A DNA stretch of 5,172 nucleotides. Source: PVC group bacterium (GTDB lineage Bacteria; GCA-001730085; JADFSZ01). Shown in pieces: positions 1-5,172 of the stretch. The notes below the pieces were generated by a model. That model did not search any database. It had not been told where the DNA came from and saw nothing but the letters and a program-made list of their open reading frames with translations. Location: contig JADFSZ010000127.1 in assembly GCA_022560555.1 (NCBI GenBank), positions 1 through 5,172 of the forward strand, given 5' to 3'. Every line of letters begins with the position of its first letter. The first letter of the stretch is position 1. Both the position numbers and the translations under genes were made by a program.

Positions 1-1
1 A

Positions 2-463
2 ATATTGACGTACATCAAAAAACTGAATGTACGGCTTATTCTAGAACCCGGACGGTTTATTGCGGGCAATGCCGGGATCTTTGTCACGCGAGTCGAATAC
101 GTGAAAAAAACAGGGAAGAAAAACTTTGTGATCGTGGACGGAGCGATGAATGATCTCATTCGGCCAAGCCTTTATGAAGCCTATCATGAGATTGTTCCCG
201 TGAAGAAAACAAAAGGGGCCATAGTGGCTGATATTGTTGGGCCGGTATGTGAAACCGGGGATTTCTTTGCCAAGGGGCGGAAAGTTGCCAATGTGAAAGA
301 AGGTGATCTCCTGGCTTGCCTCTCAGCCGGTGCTTATGGTTTTGTGATGGCATCAAACTACAATACCCGCCCAAGAGTACCGGAAGTTTTTGTGGACAAA
401 AATAAAATGCGTGTGATCCGGCGCCGGGAACGCGTCGAGGATCTTTTAAGACTGGAATATTGA
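2..463 (+). CDS. lysA: diaminopimelate decarboxylase, C-terminal portion (5' end lies upstream of the window)
   Basis: The frame is open from the window edge to TGA 461-463. The translation carries C-terminal LysA hallmarks: EPGRFIAGNAG, VGPVCETGDFF and SAGAYGFVMASNYNTRPRVPEV. The M at 5 in the ORF track is an internal TTG, not the true start. Confidence 0.9.
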   Translation: MLTYIKKLNVRLILEPGRFIAGNAGIFVTRVEYVKKTGKKNFVIVDGAMNDLIRPSLYEAYHEIVPVKKTKGAIVADIVGPVCETGDFFAKGRKVANVKEGDLLACLSAGAYGFVMASNYNTRPRVPEVFVDKNKMRVIRRRERVEDLLRLEY

Positions 464-468
464 TTTTT

Positions 469-473
469 GAGGA
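469..473 (+). promoter_or_regulatory. Shine-Dalgarno site for dapF
   Basis: GAGGA lies 10 nt upstream of ATG 484, in the 20-nt gap after the lysA stop. Confidence 0.6.
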
Positions 474-483
474 AGAGACTTTT

Positions 484-1305
484 ATGGTAAAAGCAATAGC
501 ATTTACGAAAATGTCCGGAACCGGTAATGATTTTATTATGATCGATAACCGGAAAAAGGTGATCAAACAGAATCTGAATCGTTTAGCTAAGCAGTTGTGT
601 TTTCGTCAACGCGGTATCGGTGCGGATGGCGTGATCTTGCTTGAGAGCTCAAAGAAACATGATTTTCGTATGCGGATTTTTAACGCAGATGGGACAGAAG
701 CTGAAATGTGCGGCAACGGAGCCCGCTGTGTTGCCGAGTTCGCTCGTCATCATCATGTGACAAAAAAGAAAAATATCAATTTCGATACAATGTCCGGCCT
801 TATTCAAGCGGTTTTTACCAAGCGCGGTGTGAAAATATCTTTGGGAATTCCCAAGAAATATAAAAACCGGTTTTCCTTGAAGGGTGTTAAAGGGTCGTTT
901 TATTTCGTGAATACCGGTGTGCCGCACGCCGTCGGCTTTGTGACGTCAAACAAAAAGACGGATGTTATTAACACGGGCCGGAAGATCCGGAGGCATTCGC
1001 ATTTTGCTCCATCCGGAACTAATGTGAATTTTGTTCAGATTCTGAAAAAGAACGAAATCCATGTTCGTACGTATGAACGTGGAGTCGAAGACGAAACGTT
1101 GGCCTGCGGAACAGGGGCATGCGCGAGCGCGGTTGTCGGCATTATTCTTGGAAAATTAAAAAGCCCCGTAAAGGTACGAACGACCGGAGGGGATATTCTT
1201 TATGTTCACTATTCATATCAGGGAAGGCTGAATATTCCTGTATACCTTGAAGGGAAAGTTGTCACAACCTTTCAAGGGCAAGTTGCACTCAATCATACGA
1301 GCTGA
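484..1305 (+). CDS. dapF: diaminopimelate epimerase
   Basis: 273 aa from ATG 484 (MVKAIAFTKMSGTGNDF...). GAGGA at 469-473 lies 10 nt upstream. Both catalytic-cysteine motifs are present: NADGTEAEMCGNGARC and ETLACGTGACA. The length matches DapF. The TTG at 460 in the ORF track adds 8 residues with no homology support. Confidence 0.93.
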   Translation: MVKAIAFTKMSGTGNDFIMIDNRKKVIKQNLNRLAKQLCFRQRGIGADGVILLESSKKHDFRMRIFNADGTEAEMCGNGARCVAEFARHHHVTKKKNINFDTMSGLIQAVFTKRGVKISLGIPKKYKNRFSLKGVKGSFYFVNTGVPHAVGFVTSNKKTDVINTGRKIRRHSHFAPSGTNVNFVQILKKNEIHVRTYERGVEDETLACGTGACASAVVGIILGKLKSPVKVRTTGGDILYVHYSYQGRLNIPVYLEGKVVTTFQGQVALNHTS

Positions 1306-1314
1306 AATAAATCA

Positions 1315-1322
1315 GAGGAGGA
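1315..1322 (+). promoter_or_regulatory. Shine-Dalgarno site for dapA
   Basis: GAGGAGGA lies 5 nt upstream of ATG 1328. Confidence 0.75.
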
Positions 1323-1327
1323 TCATC

Positions 1328-2218
1328 ATGAAACTGCAAGGAGCTTATGTCGCGCTCGTCACCCCGTTTAAGAATCAAGATGTTGATGAAGCGGCTGTTC
1401 GTGATCTATGCGAATTTGTGATCGCGCAAGGCATAGATGGGATTGTTCCCGCTGGCTGCACAGGAGAGGCGGCAACATTAACACATGACGAACAAAAAAA
1501 ACTTATCAAATTAGTCGTCGAGACCGTTAATAAGCGTGTTCCTGTTATTGCGGGCACAGGTTCTAATAACACAAAAGAATCTTTGGAACTCACAAAATAC
1601 GCCAAGGACGCCGGTGCGGATGCTGCGATGCTTATAACGCCGTACTACAACAAACCGACTCCTCAGGGACAAATCAGGCACTATGAGACTGTAGCCAAGG
1701 CCGTGGATATTCCTATTATTCTTTACAACGTGCCGGGCCGCACCGGTATTTGTATGACGCCCCAGACGATAGCCGAATTGGCTAAAATTGATAATATTGT
1801 CGCGATCAAGGAAGCGAGCGGAAGTTTGGATCAGGTGAGCCAAATTCGTTCGTTATGTGACATTACTGTGCTTTCCGGCGATGATTCGCTGACATTGCCC
1901 ATGATGGCCATTGGGGCGACAGGGGTCATATCGGTTGTCGGGAACATTGTTCCGAAAAAGATTTCACAATTGGTGAAGGCTTTTGCAAATGGACAGTTAG
2001 CGGAAGCTCAAAAAATTCATTATGAGTTAGTTCCTTTGTGCAAGGCCATGTTCATGGAAACCAATCCGCTGCCTGTTAAGACGAGCTTAAACATGATGGG
2101 CAAAATCGAAGCGGAGTTCAGATTGCCTCTTTGTGAAATGAGACCTGAAAATCTTCCAAAACTGGAAAAAGCGTTGAAAGAATCCGGAGTGTTAAGCACT
2201 TCCGGCGTACCGCTGTAA
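1328..2218 (+). CDS. dapA: 4-hydroxy-tetrahydrodipicolinate synthase
   Basis: 296 aa from ATG 1328 (MKLQGAYVALVTPF...), preceded by GAGGAGGA at 1315-1322. DapA motifs are present: GCTGEAATL, TPYYNKP, ILYNVPGRTG and the Schiff-base lysine context VAIKEASGS. The ORF-track start at 1247 overlaps the dapF 3' end and adds 27 unsupported residues. Confidence 0.95.
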   Translation: MKLQGAYVALVTPFKNQDVDEAAVRDLCEFVIAQGIDGIVPAGCTGEAATLTHDEQKKLIKLVVETVNKRVPVIAGTGSNNTKESLELTKYAKDAGADAAMLITPYYNKPTPQGQIRHYETVAKAVDIPIILYNVPGRTGICMTPQTIAELAKIDNIVAIKEASGSLDQVSQIRSLCDITVLSGDDSLTLPMMAIGATGVISVVGNIVPKKISQLVKAFANGQLAEAQKIHYELVPLCKAMFMETNPLPVKTSLNMMGKIEAEFRLPLCEMRPENLPKLEKALKESGVLSTSGVPL

Positions 2219-2223
2219 ACGTT

Positions 2224-2230
2224 AAGAGGA
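2224..2230 (+). promoter_or_regulatory. Shine-Dalgarno site for dapB
   Basis: AAGAGGA lies 6 nt upstream of ATG 2237. Confidence 0.75.
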
Positions 2231-2236
2231 AACTAT

Positions 2237-3040
2237 ATGGCTAATATTATTGTAACGGGAGTTTTGGGACGCATGGGACGCTTAATCGCGACTTGTGTTT
2301 TGGAGCGATCAACTTTAAAACTTGTCGGTGCCACGGAGCAAGCGGATCATCCTAACATGGGTCAGGATCTTGGTGAACTTCTGGGAAAGGGGAAGCTGGG
2401 GATTTCTGTTTCTTCGGACTTGGACAACATTATTGGGCCGTCTGATGTGATCATTGATTTTACGGCCCCGACCGCCACGTTGAAGCATCTGAACTGCGTC
2501 CAGAAACACAAAAAAGCCATCGTGATAGGTACAACAGCCCTTAGTACGGATGATAAAAAAAATATTCAAAAAGCGGGAGAGAACATCGGTGTGGTTATGG
2601 CCCCGAACATGAGTATTGGTGTCAATCTGCTTTTTAACCTTTTAGGGGATGTCGCGAAGAAGCTTGGGGAAGAGTATGATATTGAAATCACGGAAAAACA
2701 TCATAAATTCAAAAAAGACGCACCGAGCGGGACGGCCGTACGTATGGCAGAAATCGTAGCCGAAGCCCGAGGTAAAAATCTCGATGATGTTGTATGTTAT
2801 GGCCGCAAAGGGTTGGTCGGCGAACGGAAAAAAGGAGAAATCTCCATTCACGCGATTCGCGCGGGAGATATTATCGGCGAACATACTGTGACCTTTGGTG
2901 GTATGGGGGAACGTGTGGAATTGACTCATATTGCTCATAGTCGGGAAACATTTGTTCGAGGAGCTATTTTTGCCGCCGAGTTTATATCCAAGAAAAAAAA
3001 TGGATTTTTTACCATGCAGGATATTCTTAAAGGAATATGA
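2237..3040 (+). CDS. dapB: 4-hydroxy-tetrahydrodipicolinate reductase
   Basis: 267 aa, with AAGAGGA at 2224-2230 lying 6 nt upstream of the ATG. It has the N-terminal dinucleotide-binding GVLGRMG and the signature EKHHKFKKDAPSGTA (compare E. coli EAHHRHKVDAPSGTA). It ends at TGA 3038-3040. Confidence 0.95.
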   Translation: MANIIVTGVLGRMGRLIATCVLERSTLKLVGATEQADHPNMGQDLGELLGKGKLGISVSSDLDNIIGPSDVIIDFTAPTATLKHLNCVQKHKKAIVIGTTALSTDDKKNIQKAGENIGVVMAPNMSIGVNLLFNLLGDVAKKLGEEYDIEITEKHHKFKKDAPSGTAVRMAEIVAEARGKNLDDVVCYGRKGLVGERKKGEISIHAIRAGDIIGEHTVTFGGMGERVELTHIAHSRETFVRGAIFAAEFISKKKNGFFTMQDILKGI

Positions 3041-3570
3041 TTGTGAAGAAAAAATCTTCCTTGAAGGGTATGACCTTGATTGAACTTTTAGCCATGGTAG
3101 CCGTTATTTCTATTATGAGCGGATTTTTATTTGGAGCATATAATAAATCCAGAGGCATGGGGCAGCGTATCGTCTGTATAGGCAATTTGAAAAGTATGGG
3201 GCAGGCCATGCAACTGTACGCAGAAGATTATCGTTTGCGTTTTCCGCCTAAAGCCAACTGGTATACTTTGCTCCATGAAGACTATTTAGAATCCGACACG
3301 GATGTGTTTGTTTGTCCTGCTGCTTCAAATTTGACGATGGGGACAAATATGGGCTATGGATTGAATTCCGATTTAGATAAAAAATACAGTCCAAACTACA
3401 ACTTGAGAAATACAGGTGTTGTCGCTGAGATAACAGGGGGCTTTGAAACCGATGGGAATACTCTCTCTTCCCGTCATGCGAACGGCTTTAATCTTTTATA
3501 TGGTGACAATAGTGTTCAATGGCATAATACGGCTACTTACAACACAAGCGATTTAACTGACGCGTACTAA
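3037..3570 (+). CDS. prepilin-type N-terminal cleavage/methylation domain protein with C-terminal H-X9-DG-like motif (DUF1559-like pseudopilin family)
   Basis: The N-terminus [11 protein letters not shown]|[16 protein letters not shown] is a class III (prepilin) signal: a basic leader, Gly at -1, Glu at +5 and a hydrophobic helix. It is followed by the family-typical [22 protein letters not shown]...FPP. Near the C-terminus, [14 protein letters not shown] fits H-x2-G-x-N-x2-[FY]-x-D-[GN]-S-V, the H-X9-DG pattern. The start is uncertain. ATG 3037 overlaps the dapB stop (ATGA) but sits only 2 nt after AAGGA (3030-3034). GTG 3043 has better SD spacing (8 nt). Confidence 0.8.
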   Translation: MIVKKKSSLKGMTLIELLAMVAVISIMSGFLFGAYNKSRGMGQRIVCIGNLKSMGQAMQLYAEDYRLRFPPKANWYTLLHEDYLESDTDVFVCPAASNLTMGTNMGYGLNSDLDKKYSPNYNLRNTGVVAEITGGFETDGNTLSSRHANGFNLLYGDNSVQWHNTATYNTSDLTDAY

Positions 3571-3583
3571 AAGGGAACAAGAA

Positions 3584-4285
3584 ATGAATTATGGCATTGT
3601 TGTTTTCCCAGGATCAAATTGCGATCATGATTGTTATTATGCTCTCAATGATGTCTTAAAGCAGAATGTGAAATTTGTTTGGCACAAGGAAACTAATATT
3701 GATGACATCGATTGCATTGTGCTCCCCGGAGGCTTTTCGTACGGAGACTATCTCAGGACAGGCGCCATCGCGCGTTTTTCTCCCGTGATGAATGAAGTGG
3801 TGAATCACGCCAAAAGAGGAAAACTTATTATCGGGATTTGTAACGGTTTTCAGGTCCTTCTTGAATCCGGGCTATTGCCCGGTGCCATGAAAAGAAATCG
3901 CGACCTTCATTTTATCTGTCGATACGTTCGTTGTAAAGTAGAAAACCCTAATACGATTTTTACCTCCTTGATGCATCAGGACGAGACTTTAAAAATTCCC
4001 ATTGCTCATGGAGAGGGGAATTACTATGCGGACACAGACACTATCCGGCAGCTAACGGATCGCGGGCAGATTATTTTTCGTTATTGTGATGAAACAGGAA
4101 AAGCAACAGATGCATCCAATCCTAACGGTTCTGTTCAAAATATTGCGGGGATATGCAATCAAGAAGGGAATATTTTAGGAATGATGCCTCATCCGGAGAG
4201 ATGTGCCGAAGAAAGCATGGGATCTGTCGATGGGCGCCTCATATTTGAATCCATTACGTCTTTTTTAAAAACAGCGAATGCTTAG
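3584..4285 (+). CDS. purQ: phosphoribosylformylglycinamidine synthase, glutaminase subunit PurQ
   Basis: 233 aa, colinear with Bacillus-type PurQ. Shared motifs include [23 protein letters not shown], the catalytic Cys in [32 protein letters not shown] and the His/Glu in [14 protein letters not shown] at 3571-3576 lies 7 nt upstream of the ATG. Stop is TAG 4283-4285. Confidence 0.93.
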   Translation: MNYGIVVFPGSNCDHDCYYALNDVLKQNVKFVWHKETNIDDIDCIVLPGGFSYGDYLRTGAIARFSPVMNEVVNHAKRGKLIIGICNGFQVLLESGLLPGAMKRNRDLHFICRYVRCKVENPNTIFTSLMHQDETLKIPIAHGEGNYYADTDTIRQLTDRGQIIFRYCDETGKATDASNPNGSVQNIAGICNQEGNILGMMPHPERCAEESMGSVDGRLIFESITSFLKTANA

Positions 4286-4353
4286 GCCTGGATTTTCGTA
4301 GAGGCCTTAGTCTCCGTAGAGTCAAACTCATCGGAAATAATGCACGGGTTTTC

Positions 4354-4441
4354 CCTGGGTCTGGAACCAGATAAGCTTGTGTCAGATTTTTCAGAACCGA
4401 AGGTTATGGGGAATCTGGCCTTTCAGGGTTCCAGTCTCAGG
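4354..4441. repeat. imperfect 15-bp inverted repeat enclosing a 58-nt spacer; candidate structured RNA / 5'-UTR element or MITE-like remnant
   Basis: CCTGGGTCTGGAACC (4354-4368) pairs with GGTTCCAGTCTCAGG (4427-4441), giving 13 Watson-Crick pairs, one G-U (4358/4437) and one mismatch (4360/4435). A small inner hairpin is AACC-gaa-GGTT (4395-4405). The element lies in the only long intergenic gap and looks GC-richer than its flanks by eye. The repeat is certain; its function is unknown. Confidence 0.5.
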
Positions 4442-4510
4442 ATGAATGAGTCATGTGTTAAAAAAAACGCGTAGACCAAAATTTATGCGAAACAAAAATC
4501 TTGGCTGCTG

Positions 4511-4669
4511 ATGATCATAGTTCGATCCATAAAAGAAATGAAAAATCGGGTTCTTAAGGCCAGAAAGAAAAATAAGAAGATTGGGTTTGTGCCCACGATG
4601 GGGGCTTTGCATGAGGGGCATATGAGCCTCATCAGACGGGCCATAAAAGAATGTGGTTTTGTTGTTGTT
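4511..4669 (+). pseudogene. panC: 5' fragment of pantoate--beta-alanine ligase (pantothenate synthetase); the rest of the gene is missing
   Basis: Only the first ~50-53 codons of a ~280-codon family are present. Homology is lost within 4652-4685. This is a sub-feature of the composite ORF above. Confidence 0.7.
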
Positions 4670-5065
4670 TTGATTGTTGTTGGGGTTTTTGCCATTCTTA
4701 GAGGATCTGATAGTGAAAGTGCTGGCGATGCTGATTCTGGCGTTATAGTTGCGGTTAGTGACGCTGGTAATGACAGGGACGTTTCCGCTTCCGAAACTCC
4801 TATACAGAGTAAGACTCATACTGTGGAGATATTTCTTTATGGATTTGAGCCTCCTGAGTTAACTATCAATAAAGGGGATACAGTTGTTTGGAAAAACAGA
4901 ATGCCTTCTACTTTCCATACTTTGATTTCTCCTCAACCACCGAGGGAAATAGATATAGGCAGGATAGATCCTATGGGAGAAGGCAGCCACACTTTTGAGG
5001 AGGAAGGTGAGTTTAGGTATTTATCTGTCACCATAGAAATATTCGGGACCATTACAGTAGCATAG
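4511..5065 (+). CDS. composite ORF: PanC N-terminal ~50 aa fused in frame to a hydrophobic anchor, acidic linker and ligand-poor cupredoxin-like domain
   Basis: Residues 1-53 (MIIVRSIKEMKNRVLKARKKNKKIGFVPTMGALHEGHMSLIRRAIKECGFVVV) match the pantoate--beta-alanine ligase N-terminus, including the VPTMG and HxGH motifs. The expected SIFVNPxQF and the remaining ~230 aa of PanC are absent. In their place come FVVVLIVVGVFAIL (hydrophobic), GSDSESAGDADSG...SDAGNDRDVSASETP (linker) and HTVEIFLYGFEPPELTINKGDTVVWKN...FHTL...GEFRYLSVTIEIFGTITVA (cupredoxin-like beta-sandwich pattern). There is no convincing SD before ATG 4511. The ORF is intact, but whether it is a genuine expressed gene is unresolved. 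Confidence 0.55.
   Translation: MIIVRSIKEMKNRVLKARKKNKKIGFVPTMGALHEGHMSLIRRAIKECGFVVVLIVVGVFAILRGSDSESAGDADSGVIVAVSDAGNDRDVSASETPIQSKTHTVEIFLYGFEPPELTINKGDTVVWKNRMPSTFHTLISPQPPREIDIGRIDPMGEGSHTFEEEGEFRYLSVTIEIFGTITVA
4652..4691. repeat. 40-nt G/T-only low-complexity tract with (GTT)n units, at the homology breakpoint
   Basis: The read-off is tgtggttttgttgttgttttgAttgttgttggggtttttg. Every base is G or T except A4673. It encodes the hydrophobic CGFVVVLIVVGVF segment, and on the minus strand it produces the Asn/Gln-rich low-complexity shadow ORFs. Confidence 0.85.
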
Positions 5066-5172
5066 TTACACAGAGGCTTATAGGGTAGTTCAGCGTAACT
5101 CCAAAAGGACAACATACGAAAGATTTATAAATGAGTATGCTCTAGAGGAATAATGAGATTTGTGAATAAAAA

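Noticed and set aside
460-483. ORF-track N-terminal extensions of dapF (TTG 460) and, similarly, dapA (1247-1327).
   Set aside because: The extensions add residues absent from the families. In the dapA case the extension overlaps the dapF 3' end. Internal ATGs at 484 and 1328 have well-spaced SD sequences and give canonical N-termini.
1494-1501. A8 homopolymers inside dapA (1494-1501) and dapB (near 2552 and 2993), considered as possible slippage or phase-variation sites.
   Set aside because: They encode ordinary Lys-Lys pairs in an AT-leaning genome. The frames are intact and the proteins full length, and nothing suggests programmed frameshifting.
156-3209. Minus-strand ORFs from the track: 156-566, 649-927, 1375-1605, 1511-1843, 2315-2569, 2642-2938 and 3027-3209.
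   Set aside because: Each lies entirely antisense to a plus-strand gene with strong family motifs (lysA, dapF, dapA, dapB, pilin-like). Their translations are unremarkable or biased, with no recognisable motifs and no SD sites. They are shadow ORFs.
4284-4307. AGGCCT ... AGGCCT 6-bp hairpin straight after the purQ stop, considered as a possible intrinsic terminator.
   Set aside because: The stem is short, the loop is 12 nt, and no U-tract follows it (tagtctcc). It does not meet rho-independent terminator criteria.
4283-4474. The purQ TAG stop is followed by 62 in-frame sense codons up to TAG 4472, including a 44-codon ATG-initiated sORF at 4340-4474. This could indicate stop-codon readthrough or recoding, or a small protein.
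   Set aside because: PurQ homologs end at about this position, so the stop is natural. The extension has no similarity I recognise, and the sORF has only a weak GGA upstream. An open run of this length is not very improbable by chance. The region is better explained by the inverted-repeat structure. It is worth a quick check only if proteomics data exist.
4460-4500. An A8 run followed by a CGCGTA/TATGCG hairpin (4468-4489). On the minus strand this reads as a hairpin followed by T8, which resembles a terminator.
   Set aside because: On the minus strand the G-U pair becomes a C-A mismatch, leaving a very weak stem, and no minus-strand gene lies upstream to terminate. On the plus strand no T-tract follows. 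I also looked here for a sigma70-like promoter (TAGACC ... ) for the panC-type ORF, but the -10 candidate is poor.
4451-4819. Minus-strand ORFs 4451-4819 and 4483-4695, with an Asn/Gln/Thr-rich segment (PNNNQNNNKTT).
   Set aside because: The low-complexity core is simply the reverse complement of the (GTT)n G/T tract. The ORFs are antisense to the panC-type N-terminus, which has clear homology on the plus strand.
4933-5115. Minus-strand 60-aa ORF at the right end.
   Set aside because: It is antisense to the cupredoxin-like domain, short, and has no motif or SD support.
1-5172. A window-wide search for CRISPR repeats, tRNA/rRNA signatures, transposase or integrase genes, toxin-antitoxin pairs or defence-system genes.
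   Set aside because: No periodic direct repeats, no tRNA-like T-arm or acceptor patterns, and no ORFs with nuclease, ATPase or recombinase motifs were seen. Apart from the right-end anomaly, the content is core biosynthesis.

Overview
The window is a tightly packed plus-strand housekeeping block followed by an anomalous right end. From left to right it holds the 3' end of lysA, then dapF, dapA and dapB (four lysine/diaminopimelate genes with 18-22 nt gaps and strong Shine-Dalgarno sites). Next is a small prepilin-type H-X9-DG/DUF1559-like protein whose ATG overlaps the dapB stop, and then purQ. The pilin-like family and the AT-leaning composition suggest a PVC-group or Omnitrophota-like bacterium; this is inference only. 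A 225-nt gap follows purQ, the only long one here. It is locally GC-richer by eye and contains a 15-bp imperfect inverted repeat around a 58-nt spacer. The last ORF (4511-5065) is the most unusual object. Its first ~50 codons are a clear N-terminus of pantothenate synthetase (PanC). Inside a 40-nt G/T-only tract it switches in frame to a hydrophobic anchor, an acidic Ser/Asp linker and a cupredoxin-like domain that lacks three of the four type-1 copper ligands. Arg codon usage flips at the same point. This points to a real truncation/fusion with foreign DNA or to an assembly chimera, and I cannot distinguish them from sequence alone. I see no tRNA, rRNA, CRISPR array, transposase or recognisable defence or mobile system. 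All minus-strand ORFs look like shadows of plus-strand genes.
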